From the NCBI GenBank assembly GCA_963738845.1, contig CAVTYJ010000028.1, positions 26,383 to 90,382 of the forward strand: a DNA stretch of 64,000 nucleotides, written 5' to 3'. Positions within the stretch are counted from its first letter, which is position 1; each line of letters opens with the position of its first letter. Position numbers and translations under genes: made by a program. The DNA comes from an uncultured Alphaproteobacteria bacterium (GTDB taxonomy: Bacteria; Pseudomonadota; Alphaproteobacteria; Rhizobiales; Xanthobacteraceae). The notes under the pieces were generated by a model, which saw nothing but the letters and a program-made list of their open reading frames with translations, did no database searches and was not told the origin of the DNA. Below are positions 1 to 9,403 of the stretch, in pieces.

Positions 1-1569
1 GCGCTGAACCATGTGCGCCAGGGCATCGCCGTGTTCGATGTCGACCTGCAGCTGATCTGCTCGAACCGGCAATTCAGCGACTTGCTCGGCTTGCCGCCGC
101 ATCTTGTGCAGATCGGGATTCCACTCCGCGAAATCCTGGAATTCATGGGCGCGATCGCGCCGCCGGGGTTGGGCGATGGCAACGCGTCGATGGAACGGCG
201 GCTCGCCGCCTATACCACCGTGGGCGAGTCCTACCTGGAACGTCTGCCCGACCGCCATATGGTGATCGAGGTGCGTTCGAATCGCATGCCGGATGGCGGC
301 CTCGTGATCACCTTCACCGACGTGACGCCGACCTTCGAGGCCGCCGAGGCGCTGGAGCGCGCCAATGCGACACTGGAAAAACGCGTGCGCGACCGCACCG
401 AGGAGCTGACGCGCCTCAATTCGGAGCTTGCGCTAGCGAAAAGCGCGGCCGAAGACGCCAACATCTCCAAGACGCGCTTCCTTGCCGCGGCGAGCCACGA
501 CATCCTGCAGCCGCTGAACGCGGCGCGGCTCTACGTGACGAGCCTGGTCGAGCGCCAGAACGGCGGCGAGGATTCGCGCCTGGTCGAGAACATCGACGAC
601 TCGCTCGAAGCGATCGAGGAAATCCTGAGCGCGCTGCTCGACATTTCGCGCCTTGACGCGGGCGCCATGACGCCCTCGATCTCGAGCTTCAAGATGGCCG
701 ACCTGATGCGCTCGCTGGAAATCGAATTTGCCCCGATAGCGCGTGCCAAGGGACTGAAGCTCACCTTCGTACCCTCTTCGCTGCCGGTCGAGTCCGACCG
801 CCTGTTGCTCAGGCGGCTTCTGCAGAACTTCATCTCGAACGCGATCAAATATACGCCGCACGGGCGCGTCCTGGTCGGCTGCCGGCGCCGTGGTCAATCG
901 CTGCAGATCGCGGTTTACGACACCGGCGTCGGCATTCCCGTGCTGAAACGCGGCGAGATATTCAAGGAGTTCCACCGCCTCGAGCAGGGGGCGCGGATCG
1001 CGCGCGGACTAGGCCTTGGGCTGTCGATCGTCGAGCGGCTCGCGCGCGTGCTCAACCATGGCATCGCGATCGATGCCAATGCCGGCGGCGGCTCGATGTT
1101 TTCGGTGACGGTGCCGACCGCGAAATCGGTCAACCACACTGCGGCGGTGACCAGCGCCACGCCGTTGTCGCGCACGCCGATCTCGGGCGCGCGCATCGTC
1201 TGCATCGAGAACGATCCCGCGATCCTGGACGGCATGAAGACGCTGCTGACGGCCTGGGATGCCGAGGTGATCGCGGTCACCGATCCGGATGCCGCGATCG
1301 AGGCAATCGAGGCCGCGGGCGGACGCCTGACCGGCCTGCTGGTCGACTATCACCTCGATCGCGGCAACGGTGTCGCCGCGATCCGCGACATCCGCCGCCG
1401 TTTCGGCGAAACCATTCCGGCGATCCTGATCACCGCCGACCGCAGCCCGCACGTCCGCGCCGCCGCGCGCGAGGAGAACATCGCCGTCCTGAACAAGCCG
1501 CTGAAACCCGCTTCGCTGCGCGCCTTGCTCGGGCAGTGGCGCGTCCAGCAGATGGTCGCGGCGGAGTAG
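1..1569 (+). CDS. hybrid sensor histidine kinase/response regulator, C-terminal part (5' end lies upstream of the window)
   Basis: The frame is open from nt 1, so the listed start at 13 is an internal GTG. It has a PAS-like segment, an H-box (SHDILQPLNAARLY), HATPase_c motifs (NAIKYT, DTGVGIP, GLGLSIV) and a C-terminal receiver (IVCIENDP...LLVDYHLD...LNKPL). Confidence 0.9.
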   Translation, partial: ALNHVRQGIAVFDVDLQLICSNRQFSDLLGLPPHLVQIGIPLREILEFMGAIAPPGLGDGNASMERRLAAYTTVGESYLERLPDRHMVIEVRSNRMPDGGLVITFTDVTPTFEAAEALERANATLEKRVRDRTEELTRLNSELALAKSAAEDANISKTRFLAAASHDILQPLNAARLYVTSLVERQNGGEDSRLVENIDDSLEAIEEILSALLDISRLDAGAMTPSISSFKMADLMRSLEIEFAPIARAKGLKLTFVPSSLPVESDRLLLRRLLQNFISNAIKYTPHGRVLVGCRRRGQSLQIAVYDTGVGIPVLKRGEIFKEFHRLEQGARIARGLGLGLSIVERLARVLNHGIAIDANAGGGSMFSVTVPTAKSVNHTAAVTSATPLSRTPISGARIVCIENDPAILDGMKTLLTAWDAEVIAVTDPDAAIEAIEAAGGRLTGLLVDYHLDRGNGVAAIRDIRRRFGETIPAILITADRSPHVRAAAREENIAVLNKPLKPASLRALLGQWRVQQMVAAE

Positions 1570-1594
1570 AGGCGAGATTGCAGGAAAAGGGAGA

Positions 1595-2269
1595 CTACTG
1601 CTCGGTCGGCGTGCCTTGCCGCCATTGGGAGCCCGCGATCTTCGCGGCGGCGATCACGGCCTGAGTGCGGCTTTCGACGCCGAGCTTCTGCAGGATAGCA
1701 GACACATGAGCCTTGATGGTCGCCTCCGAGACGCCGAGCTCATAGGCGATCTGCTTGTTGAGCAAACCCTCCGACAGCATCATCAGCACCCGCACCTGCT
1801 GCGGGGTCAGCGTCACCAGTCGGTCGCGCAGCCGCGTCATGTCCGGATCCGCGGCGGAGGAAAGATCGGTATCCGGCGGAACCCAGATGTCGCCGTCCAT
1901 CACCTTGACGACCGCGTCGCGCAGCGTTTCGACCCCGAACCGTTTCGGAATGAATCCGGAGGCGCCGAAATCGAGCGAGCGGCGGATCGTGGCGCTGTCG
2001 TCGCTGGCGGAGACGATGACCACCGGGATCGCCGGATATTGCGCACGCAGATAGATCAATCCGGAGAAGCCGGAGATACCGGGCATGGAGAGGTCGAGCA
2101 GGATCAGATCGACATCGGAATCCCGCTCCAGCAGCGCGGTCAGGTCCTCGAACGATCCGGCCTCGTCGATCCTGGCCGAACTCACCACGCTTCCGACCGC
2201 CTGCCGCAACGCGTCGCGGAACAGCGGGTGATCGTCGGCGATGACAAGGTGGGTATTGACAGCGGGCAT
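1595..2269 (-). CDS. NarL/FixJ (LuxR)-family two-component response regulator
   Basis: Canonical receiver (VIADDHP, DLILLDLSMPG, VSASDD, GFIPKRF) plus a C-terminal LuxR HTH (LTPQQVRVLMMLSEGLLNKQIAYELGVSEATIKAHV). It is convergent with the kinase and divergent from the MFS gene. Confidence 0.92.
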   Translation of the reverse strand: MPAVNTHLVIADDHPLFRDALRQAVGSVVSSARIDEAGSFEDLTALLERDSDVDLILLDLSMPGISGFSGLIYLRAQYPAIPVVIVSASDDSATIRRSLDFGASGFIPKRFGVETLRDAVVKVMDGDIWVPPDTDLSSAADPDMTRLRDRLVTLTPQQVRVLMMLSEGLLNKQIAYELGVSEATIKAHVSAILQKLGVESRTQAVIAAAKIAGSQWRQGTPTEQ

Positions 2270-2478
2270 TGATTTCTAAGGTTCAAAGGTCCGATCCCGG
2301 AACCCTTCTTCGAAGGAGCGGTCCGCGAGAACTTTCAAATCTGATTTTCTTCTCTTGGTATAGGGCATGCAAGCTCACAATGCCCCTTCGCGCGATCGCG
2401 GTTAATCCCCGCTTGTGCGCCGCAACATTCAGCCGACGGCGCTCGCGCCTGCTCTATCGCAACTAGGGGTGCGAATCA

Positions 2479-2522
2479 GCTGTGATAAGGGCCAAAAGTC
2501 GTATTGGGACGACTTTCACAGC
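2479..2522. promoter_or_regulatory. nested inverted repeat in the regulator/MFS divergent intergenic region (candidate operator)
   Basis: Perfect 8-bp arms AAAGTCGT-attggg-ACGACTTT (2495-2516) lie inside outer arms GCTGTGA (2479-2485) and TCACAGC (2516-2522). The element ends about 85 nt upstream of the MFS ATG. Confidence 0.3.
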
Positions 2523-2606
2523 GATGTTACTTTGGATCAGGAAACGGCTGTCCGGGCGCATCCGGATGCCTGAGGCTGGCAAGCAATATCGGGGAGCGAA
2601 ATCAAC

Positions 2607-4271
2607 ATGTCGACAATGGCTGTCACGCGCGCCGAAACAGGCGGGATGACGAAGGACGAACGTTTCGTCATTCTCGCCTCCTCGCTCGGTACCGTCTTCG
2701 AATGGTATGACTTCTATCTTTATGGATCGCTTGCAGCGATCATCGGCGCCCAGTTCTTCTCGGCGTATCCACCGGGCACCCGCGACATCTTTGCGCTGCT
2801 GGCGTTCGCGGCCGGCTTCCTGGTGCGCCCGTTCGGCGCCATCGTGTTCGGGCGGATCGGCGACATCGTCGGGCGCAAGTACACCTTCCTGGTCACGATC
2901 ATGATCATGGGTCTTTCGACCTTCATCGTGGGCCTGTTGCCCAATGCTGCGACGATCGGCATTGCCGCGCCGGTGATCCTGATCGCACTCCGCCTGTTGC
3001 AGGGCCTGGCGCTTGGCGGCGAATATGGCGGCGCGGCGACCTATGTTGCCGAGCACGCCCCGAACGGCAAGCGCGGCTACTACACCTCCTTCATCCAGAC
3101 CACGGCGACCATGGGTCTGTTCCTGTCGCTGCTTGTGATCCTGTTCACGCGGACCTGGACCGGCGAAGCCGACTTCGCGACGTGGGGCTGGCGCATTCCG
3201 TTCCTGGTGTCGGTGCTCCTGCTCGGCATCTCGGTCTGGATTCGGCTGCGCCTCAATGAATCGCCGATCTTCCAGAAGATGAAGGAAGAAGGAAAAGGCT
3301 CGAAGGCGCCGCTGACCGAAGCCTTCGCGAACTGGCAGAACGGCAAGCTCGTGCTGCTCGCGCTGCTCGGCGGCACCATGGGCCAGGGCGTGGTCTGGTA
3401 CACCGGCCAGTTCTACGCGCTGTTCTTCCTGCAATCGATCCTGAAGGTTGACGGTTACACCTCCAACCTCCTGATCGCGTGGTCGCTCTTGCTCGGCACC
3501 GGCTTCTTTGTCGTGTTCGGGGCTTTGTCTGACAAGATCGGCCGCAAGCCGATCATCCTGGGCGGCTGCCTGATTGCCGCGCTGACCTTCTTCCCGATCT
3601 TCCGGATGATAACCACCAACGCCAACCCGGCGCTGGAAAAGGCGATCGAGGCGGGCAAGGTCGAGGTGTTTGCCGATCCCGCAGGTTGCGGCGATCTGTT
3701 CAACCCGGTCGGCACCCGCGTGTTTACCGCGCCCTGCGATACCGCACGCGCCTTCCTGGCGCAGTCGTCGGTCAAATACACGACCGTCGCCGCCCCTGCC
3801 GGCTCCGGTGTGAAGGTCAGCTTCAACGGCAAGGAAGTCCCCTATCCCGACGCCAAGACGGGTAATCCGGCGCTGACCGCTGCAATCGCAGCGGCCGGGT
3901 ATCCGAAGGCGGGCGATGCGGGCATCGTGAAGATGAAGCACCCGTTCGACATCTTCAATTCGCAGGTGCTTGCGATCATCGGATTGCTGTTCATCCTGGT
4001 GATCTACGTCACCATGGTGTACGGGCCGATCGCGGCAATGCTGGTCGAACTGTTCCCGACCAGGATCCGCTACACCTCGATGTCCCTGCCTTACCACATC
4101 GGCAACGGCTGGTTCGGCGGATTGCTGCCGGCGACCGCTTTCGCGATCGTCGCCTCGACCGGCGACATCTATGCAGGCCTCTGGTACCCGATCATATTCG
4201 CGGTCATCACCGCGGTGGTCGGCTTCCTGTTCCTGCCGGAAACCAAGGACGTCGATATCAGGTCGACCTGA
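2607..4271 (+). CDS. MFS transporter, metabolite:H+ symporter (MHS)-like, with an extra ~118-aa loop domain
   Basis: I count 12 hydrophobic segments. MFS signature-like motifs are present (GRIGDIVGRK after TM2; DKIGRKP after TM8). A GGGGAG RBS lies about 10 nt upstream of the ATG. A hydrophilic insert lies between TM9 and TM10. Confidence 0.88.
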   Translation: MSTMAVTRAETGGMTKDERFVILASSLGTVFEWYDFYLYGSLAAIIGAQFFSAYPPGTRDIFALLAFAAGFLVRPFGAIVFGRIGDIVGRKYTFLVTIMIMGLSTFIVGLLPNAATIGIAAPVILIALRLLQGLALGGEYGGAATYVAEHAPNGKRGYYTSFIQTTATMGLFLSLLVILFTRTWTGEADFATWGWRIPFLVSVLLLGISVWIRLRLNESPIFQKMKEEGKGSKAPLTEAFANWQNGKLVLLALLGGTMGQGVVWYTGQFYALFFLQSILKVDGYTSNLLIAWSLLLGTGFFVVFGALSDKIGRKPIILGGCLIAALTFFPIFRMITTNANPALEKAIEAGKVEVFADPAGCGDLFNPVGTRVFTAPCDTARAFLAQSSVKYTTVAAPAGSGVKVSFNGKEVPYPDAKTGNPALTAAIAAAGYPKAGDAGIVKMKHPFDIFNSQVLAIIGLLFILVIYVTMVYGPIAAMLVELFPTRIRYTSMSLPYHIGNGWFGGLLPATAFAIVASTGDIYAGLWYPIIFAVITAVVGFLFLPETKDVDIRST

Positions 4272-4292
4272 TCCAGCGCCGGCGAGAAAGAC

Positions 4293-4326
4293 AAAAACGG
4301 CCGCGGAACACTCCGCGGCCGTTTTG
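4293..4326. terminator. bidirectional rho-independent-type hairpin between convergent genes
   Basis: An 11-bp perfect stem with a 4-nt loop (ACGGCCGCGGA-acac-TCCGCGGCCGT) is flanked by an A-run on the left and TTTT on the right. Confidence 0.6.
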
Positions 4327-4339
4327 ATTCCTGCTTCCT

Positions 4340-4813
4340 TCAGACGCAGGCGCCCGCGAACTGCAGCACGACCTCCCGACGGTGCGGACGGGCCCGATGC
4401 TCGATCAGATAGATCGCCTGCCAGGTCCCGAGCGCAAGCGCGCCGTCCAGCACCGGAACCTGCAAGGAGGTTGCCGTGAGCATGGTCTTGATGTGCGCGG
4501 GCATGTCGTCCGCGCCCTCGGTGTCGTGAACCCATCCCCCGTTCTCGGGCGCGAGGCGGTTCAATGCGGTCGCAAGGTCGACAAGCACCGAAGGGTCGGC
4601 GTTTTCCTGAATGGTCAGCGATGCTGAGGTGTGTCGGATGAACAGCGTCAACACGCCTTCCCCTGCCCGCGCCTCGTCGATGAAGCGACGGACCTCGCCG
4701 GTCAGATCGACGAATCCTGCGCCCGACGTTGCCACGCTCAGCACCGAGGAGACGATGGTGGTGGCGCTGACGATCGAAGGCGCAGTGCGGGATGGAGTGC
4801 GGGATAAAGCCAT
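4340..4813 (-). CDS. YjbQ/UPF0047 family protein (secondary thiamine-phosphate synthase type)
   Basis: Family-typical segments are present: FVDLTGEV, GVLTLFIRHTSASLTIQENADPSV, GADDMPAHIKTML, LALGTWQAIYLIEHR. Confidence 0.85.
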   Translation of the reverse strand: MALSRTPSRTAPSIVSATTIVSSVLSVATSGAGFVDLTGEVRRFIDEARAGEGVLTLFIRHTSASLTIQENADPSVLVDLATALNRLAPENGGWVHDTEGADDMPAHIKTMLTATSLQVPVLDGALALGTWQAIYLIEHRARPHRREVVLQFAGACV

Positions 4814-4817
4814 CTGG

Positions 4818-5330
4818 CTAGATCTTCCCCGAAACGTCCTTTTGCACGCGGTTGGCCATGTCGATCAGCTTGCGCCAAGCGCGCTCCAGGAACGACATGA
4901 GGCGATCGACATCCTGATCGCTCGGCAAGGGAATCTCTATCTTGCGGTCGCCCTCAGCGGACTTCGGAGCCGCCTCCTTGTCCGATTTCGGCATTGGCTC
5001 GTCGATCTTGCCGGCGGCCGAATCGCGAGAGGCGAGTTGCGCCTTCAATTGCTCGTTCTCCCCCTGCAGTCGCCCGATCTCCTCGTCCAGCGCCTTGCGT
5101 TCGTCCGGCACGAGGTAGCAGGCCCAGCCGGCTCCGGAGTTGCTGCAATTGGAGACCGCACCGGTGCGGGTGTCGAGCCGGAGCACGGCGTCGCCCGAAG
5201 GCTGCAGCGCGTAGCGACCGTTCTCGGTATCCGGCATGGATTCCGCGAAGGCAAGCAAAGGTGGGGACAGGGTGAGCGCGCAAAGCGCGACGGCGCCGCA
5301 AACGCTCGAGGGCGAGATCGCAGGATTCAT
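4818..5330 (-). CDS. secreted hypothetical protein with a coiled-coil segment
   Basis: The start was moved to the internal ATG that gives a signal peptide (MNPAISPSSVCGAVALCALTLSPPLLAFA). A heptad-like region follows (ALDEEIGRLQGENEQLKAQL). I recognise no family. Confidence 0.55.
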   Translation of the reverse strand: MNPAISPSSVCGAVALCALTLSPPLLAFAESMPDTENGRYALQPSGDAVLRLDTRTGAVSNCSNSGAGWACYLVPDERKALDEEIGRLQGENEQLKAQLASRDSAAGKIDEPMPKSDKEAAPKSAEGDRKIEIPLPSDQDVDRLMSFLERAWRKLIDMANRVQKDVSGKI

Positions 5331-5463
5331 GGCCTTGCTCCGCCTTGCAAAGGACGAGGCCCTAAAGCGCGATCGGATTGGTTTGAATCGCGATCGCACT
5401 CTCGAATTCTTGATTGAGCATGATCTCTTCGGAAAACCGGTTCCCACTTTTCCGGATCATGCT

Positions 5464-6087
5464 CTAAGGCCGAGAGCTATAGGGCTCGCGGCCCGATTTC
5501 AATGCATCCGCCAGCAATTCGATGCGGTCCTGCCCCCAGAACACTTCCCCGTCCAGCACGTAAACCGGCGAGCCGAACACGTCGGCGGCGATCGCGTCCT
5601 GCCGGTTCTTTTCATAAGCGGCATCGATCGCCTCCGTTGCGGAGCGCTCGACCAGTTGCCTGCCCGGAAGACCGGCGGCATCGGCGATGGCGGCAATGGT
5701 CGCGGCATCGGCGAGATCGAGTTGCTCCTCCCACACCGCCGGGAACGCGCGTCGCAGAAACGGATCGGGATCGTAGCCCGCTTCGATCGCCGCGATCACG
5801 ACGCCGTCCACCAGCCGCGCATTGAATGGCGAATGCTTCGGTTGTAGATGAAACTTCAGGCCACGTTTGTCGCGCCAGCGCTGTAGCTCGACCATGCGGT
5901 AACGCTGTCGAACCGGGTGACGCTTGACCAGCGGCAGACCGCCGGTCTCGGAGAACAGGTCGAGCAGGATCACCGGCTTGTGGTTGACCGCAAGATCATG
6001 GGCTGCGACGACCTCGCGAAATGCCTTGTGGCCGATATAGGCCCAGGGAGACGACAGCGAGAAATAGTAGTCGACCTGGCGCGACAT
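5464..6087 (-). CDS. 2-hydroxychromene-2-carboxylate isomerase family protein (DsbA-like fold)
   Basis: The N-terminus (VDYYFSLSSPWAYIG) and C-terminal region (GVFGSPVYVLDGEVFWGQDRIELL) are typical of the HCCA isomerase/DsbA-like family. Confidence 0.82.
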   Translation of the reverse strand: MSRQVDYYFSLSSPWAYIGHKAFREVVAAHDLAVNHKPVILLDLFSETGGLPLVKRHPVRQRYRMVELQRWRDKRGLKFHLQPKHSPFNARLVDGVVIAAIEAGYDPDPFLRRAFPAVWEEQLDLADAATIAAIADAAGLPGRQLVERSATEAIDAAYEKNRQDAIAADVFGSPVYVLDGEVFWGQDRIELLADALKSGREPYSSRP

Positions 6088-6254
6088 GCGATGTTCCCTC
6101 GGGCGTCCTGGCGCTCGCCGATCCCACCAGACCCTTCGACCCGCCGCAAGACGGCTGTTTCTGGCGCCGCACTGCGGCGACGGCGCTCGCAGGCGACTCG
6201 AAAATCGATAAAAACAGCCTATAAATCAAGGACGTAAGGGATCAACACGCAATC

Positions 6255-6283
6255 TTGACTTGGCTGGAGGCGGTCAGTATGGT
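6255..6283 (+). promoter_or_regulatory. candidate sigma70-type promoter of the atpI-atpB-atpE-atpF operon
   Basis: TTGACT (6255-6260), a 17-nt spacer, then TATGGT (6278-6283), about 65 nt upstream of the atpI ATG. This is pattern matching only. Confidence 0.3.
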
Positions 6284-6349
6284 CCGCGCGGCTTTCAAGG
6301 GCGACGGGGCGTCATTCCATTTCCAACTTCATCGTGTCGGGTCTCCAAA

Positions 6350-6721
6350 ATGGCGGAACGCACGGACGACGGGGGACGTGGGAACAGCGATAAATCGCCT
6401 GACGAAGCTGCGCTTTCCGCAAGGCTCGGACGTCTCAATCGACGGTTGTCGGAATTCCGCGACAGCCATAAAGTTGGGACCGATCAATTTGGAGGCGAAG
6501 ACGAAGATAGTGCTGCCAGAGCATCGGCAATGGCGCGCGGTTTCCGTCTGTCCTCGGAGTTGATCGCGGGCGTTGTCGTCGGAGCGGCGATCGGCTGGGC
6601 GTTCGACTACTTCCTGTCGACGTCGCCGTTCGGTCTCATCGTGTTCTTTCTGCTCGGCTTCGTCGCCGGGTTGTTCAACTTGGTGAGGTCCGCCGGCGTT
6701 GTGCCTCGCAATCGCCGGTAG
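6350..6721 (+). CDS. atpI: ATP synthase protein I (AtpI/AtpZ family)
   Basis: Small protein with two C-terminal TM segments (IAGVVVGAAIGWAFDYFL, GLIVFFLLGFVAGLFNLV), immediately upstream of atpB. The start was set at an internal ATG (MAERTDD). Confidence 0.8.
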   Translation: MAERTDDGGRGNSDKSPDEAALSARLGRLNRRLSEFRDSHKVGTDQFGGEDEDSAARASAMARGFRLSSELIAGVVVGAAIGWAFDYFLSTSPFGLIVFFLLGFVAGLFNLVRSAGVVPRNRR

Positions 6722-6787
6722 CCGACGGAAGTCACGACATTCGAATTTCGATTGCCGGCCGGAGCCGGTAGACCAAGAGACGCGCGG

Positions 6788-7543
6788 ATGAACCTCGACC
6801 CGATCCATCAGTTCAACATCGAGCCTCTCTTCAAGATCGGCCAGATCGGCGGCCAGCCGATCTACTTCACAAACTCGTCCGCCTACATGTTCCTGGCCGT
6901 CGCCATCATCTCGCTTCTGATGATCGGAGGCTCCGCCGCGCGCCAACTGGTGCCCGGCCGTTTGCAGTCGATGGCCGAACTCACCTACGAGTTCGTGGCG
7001 ACCACCGTGCGCAGCAATGCGGGCGCGGAAGGCATGAAGTTCTTCCCGCTGATTTTCTCGCTGTTCATGTTCATCTGCATCTCGAACCTCGTCGGGATCA
7101 TCCCCTACACATTCACGGTTTCGAGCCACATCATCATCACCGCCGCGCTCGCGCTACTGGTGTTCTTCACCGTCTTGATCTACGGCGTCTACAAGAACGG
7201 CCTGAAGTTCTTCAGCATTTTCGTGCCGTCCGGCGTTCCGATCTACATCCTGCCGCTGGTCGTCTTCATCGAGATCTTCTCGTTCTTCCTGCGGCCGGTG
7301 TCGCACAGCGTGCGTCTGTTCGCCAACATGCTGGCCGGCCACATCGCCCTCAAGGTGTTTGCGGGCTTCGTCGCGATGCTCGGCGTCTCGCTCGGGGCCA
7401 TCGGCTGGATCGGCGGCATCGCTCCGCTCGCGCTTACGGTCGCGCTCTATGCGCTCGAGCTGCTGGTCGCGTTCCTGCAGGCTTACGTGTTCGCGATCCT
7501 GACCTGCATCTACCTCAACGACGCCATTCATCCGGGGCACTAA
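6788..7543 (+). CDS. atpB: F0F1 ATP synthase subunit a
   Basis: Contains the subunit-a signature [14 protein letters not shown] (essential Arg) within a polytopic membrane profile. The start is at MNLDPIHQF. Confidence 0.95.
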   Translation: MNLDPIHQFNIEPLFKIGQIGGQPIYFTNSSAYMFLAVAIISLLMIGGSAARQLVPGRLQSMAELTYEFVATTVRSNAGAEGMKFFPLIFSLFMFICISNLVGIIPYTFTVSSHIIITAALALLVFFTVLIYGVYKNGLKFFSIFVPSGVPIYILPLVVFIEIFSFFLRPVSHSVRLFANMLAGHIALKVFAGFVAMLGVSLGAIGWIGGIAPLALTVALYALELLVAFLQAYVFAILTCIYLNDAIHPGH

Positions 7544-7597
7544 GGGGTCCGGAGAATTCCACCCACAGCACTCAATCTTTCCTCCAAGGAGTAAAAA

Positions 7598-7828
7598 ATG
7601 GATCCGGCAGCAGCAAAACTTATCGGCGCGGGCATCGCGTGCATCGGCATGGGCGGCGCGGGCGTCGGCGTCGGCGTCATCTTCGGCAACTATCTTGCTG
7701 CCGCCGTGCGCAATCCCTCCGCGGCCCAGGGCCAGTTCGGCAACCTGATCTTCGGCTTCGCCGTGACCGAAGCGCTCGGCATCTTCTCGCTGCTGATCGC
7801 GCTGCTGCTGCTGTTCGTCAAGCTCTAA
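7598..7828 (+). CDS. atpE: F0F1 ATP synthase subunit c
   Basis: A 76-aa hairpin proteolipid with a glycine-rich helix 1 ([21 protein letters not shown]) and the carboxylate in [19 protein letters not shown] upstream. Confidence 0.95.
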   Translation: MDPAAAKLIGAGIACIGMGGAGVGVGVIFGNYLAAAVRNPSAAQGQFGNLIFGFAVTEALGIFSLLIALLLLFVKL

Positions 7829-7892
7829 AGGGGGGCGCGTCCCTTTCGTGCCGTCGCATCCGCGACGCGCATGACAGCAACAGGAGAACTCC

Positions 7893-8450
7893 ATGGCTGA
7901 AAGTCATGGCGGCGCCGGGACAACGGCCCACACCGAGGCAGATGGCGGCGAACATAACGGCGGCTTCCCGCCGTTCGATTCGTCCACCTTTGCCTCTCAG
8001 CTGGTGTCGCTGGTTATCGCCTTTGTCGCACTCTACGTCATCGTCTCGCGCTTCGCGCTGCCGCGCGTCGGCGGCGTGATCGATGCGCGGCAGAACGCGA
8101 TCGATGGCGACCTCGCCGCGGCGCAGACGCTCAAGGACGAGTCGGAAGCAGCGCTGAAGGCGTATGAAAGCGACCTGGCCGCGGCCCGCTCAAAGGCCCA
8201 GGCCATCGCTGCCGAGAACCGCGAGAAGCTGAATGCGGCCGCCGAGGCGGAGCGCAAGACGCTGGAGTCGCGGCTCGCGGCCAAGCTTGCCGACGCCGAG
8301 AAGTCCATCGCAACGACCCGTACGAACGCCATGAAGAACGTGCGCAGCATCGCGGCCGATGCGGCGGGGGCGATCGTGCAGCGACTGACCGGCGTTGCTC
8401 CAGACGGCAAGGCCGTCGACGCCGCCGTCGATGCGTCCTTGAAGGGATAG
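7893..8450 (+). CDS. atpF2: F0F1 ATP synthase subunit b-prime
   Basis: One N-terminal TM segment followed by a long Ala/Glu/Lys-rich helix. It occupies the position of the first of the two b-type genes typical of alphaproteobacteria. Confidence 0.88.
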   Translation: MAESHGGAGTTAHTEADGGEHNGGFPPFDSSTFASQLVSLVIAFVALYVIVSRFALPRVGGVIDARQNAIDGDLAAAQTLKDESEAALKAYESDLAAARSKAQAIAAENREKLNAAAEAERKTLESRLAAKLADAEKSIATTRTNAMKNVRSIAADAAGAIVQRLTGVAPDGKAVDAAVDASLKG

Positions 8451-8454
8451 TCCG

Positions 8455-8940
8455 ATGCTGGAAGAGGCCGAAACCTGGGTTGCGATCGCTTTCATCATTC
8501 TGATGGGGCTGTTCGCCTATATGGGCGTGCATCGCACGGTGCTGAAGGCGCTCGACAATCGCAGCGCGCGCATCAAGGCCGAGCTCGATGATGCCCGCCG
8601 CCTGAAGGACGAAGCCGCCAAGGTGCTGGCGGAGTACAAGACCCGCCGTGCCAGCGCCGAGCGCGAGGCAGAGGAAATCGTCACCGCCGCAAAGGCCGAG
8701 GCCCAGCGCATCGCGACTGAGGCCAAGGCCAAGATGGAGGATTTCGTCGCGCGTCGCACCAAGACCGCCGAGAACAAGATCGCGCTCGCCGAAGCGCAGG
8801 CACTCGCCGATGTTCGCGCCGCGGCAGCCGAAGCAGCAGTTGCTGCCGCGTCCACTGTGCTATCGCAATCGGTCAAGGGCGAGGTCGCCGACAGCCTGCT
8901 CGCAAAAGGCATCGCCGAGGTTCGGCAGAAGCTGAACTGA
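8455..8940 (+). CDS. atpF: F0F1 ATP synthase subunit b
   Basis: One N-terminal TM segment ([18 protein letters not shown]) followed by a long charged helix. It is the last gene of the F0 operon. Confidence 0.9.
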   Translation: MLEEAETWVAIAFIILMGLFAYMGVHRTVLKALDNRSARIKAELDDARRLKDEAAKVLAEYKTRRASAEREAEEIVTAAKAEAQRIATEAKAKMEDFVARRTKTAENKIALAEAQALADVRAAAAEAAVAAASTVLSQSVKGEVADSLLAKGIAEVRQKLN

Positions 8941-8960
8941 GCGGGGTTCACCTGAACAGC

Positions 8961-8998
8961 AAAAAAGCCGGCACGCGTTCCTCGTGCCGGCTTTTTTG
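8961..8998 (+). terminator. rho-independent terminator of the F0 atp operon
   Basis: A 10-bp stem (AGCCGGCACG-cgttcct-CGTGCCGGCT) is preceded by AAAAA and followed by TTTTTT, about 20 nt after the atpF stop. Confidence 0.85.
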
Positions 8999-9038
8999 TT
9001 TGAGTTTCACAGGAAGGCGCAAGCAAATCCCTGCAGCG

Positions 9039-9347
9039 TCAGACAAGACTATTGTTTGTAGACAACATCAGCGGGTTAAGCACTCGCAGAACGGTTGCTT
9101 TCCCAATTTGCCGCGACCCTTCAGCGGCTTCGAAAAGGCGACCGACCCAAAGGGTATGAGGGTAAACTTCTGGGGTTAAGAACCAAACTTCGGCCTTCGC
9201 GCTCTGGCCTGTTGCGACCCACTCTGCATCGACAAATCTATGCGTCACTGATGTGAGATAATCCGGTCGTATGTTGTAATGTGGACGGTATCCACTGTGC
9301 ACCCTCCTTGTGCCACCATTCCAGGCGTGCGCTGTTAGCTCAAACAT
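9039..9347 (-). CDS. hypothetical stand-alone EF-Tu domain III-like beta-barrel protein
   Basis: By-eye alignment to EF-Tu domain III: ORF GGTRRVHSGYRPHYNIRPDYLTS...GRLFEAAEGSRQIGKATVLRVL against EF-Tu [24 protein letters not shown]...[22 protein letters not shown]. There is no GTPase domain and no domain II. The start is ambiguous (ATG at 9347, 9371 or 9407). Hand counts of three 60-nt lines give 48-55% GC. Confidence 0.5.
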   Translation of the reverse strand: MFELTAHAWNGGTRRVHSGYRPHYNIRPDYLTSVTHRFVDAEWVATGQSAKAEVWFLTPEVYPHTLWVGRLFEAAEGSRQIGKATVLRVLNPLMLSTNNSLV

Positions 9348-9403
9348 GACCTCCGCGTCCGGCTTACGCATATTCTCCCTTTGCTCGGCGGCGCCTTTCG
9401 GTC

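Noticed and set aside
2463-4535. Long antisense or alternative-frame ORFs over real genes. Examples are 2463-4535, 12044-13438, 16713-18680, 21374-22828, 32070-34403, 35955-36449 and 40150-41196.
   Set aside because: All translate to Arg/His/Asp/Gly-rich sequences without recognisable motifs. All overlap genes with strong family signatures on the other strand or frame.
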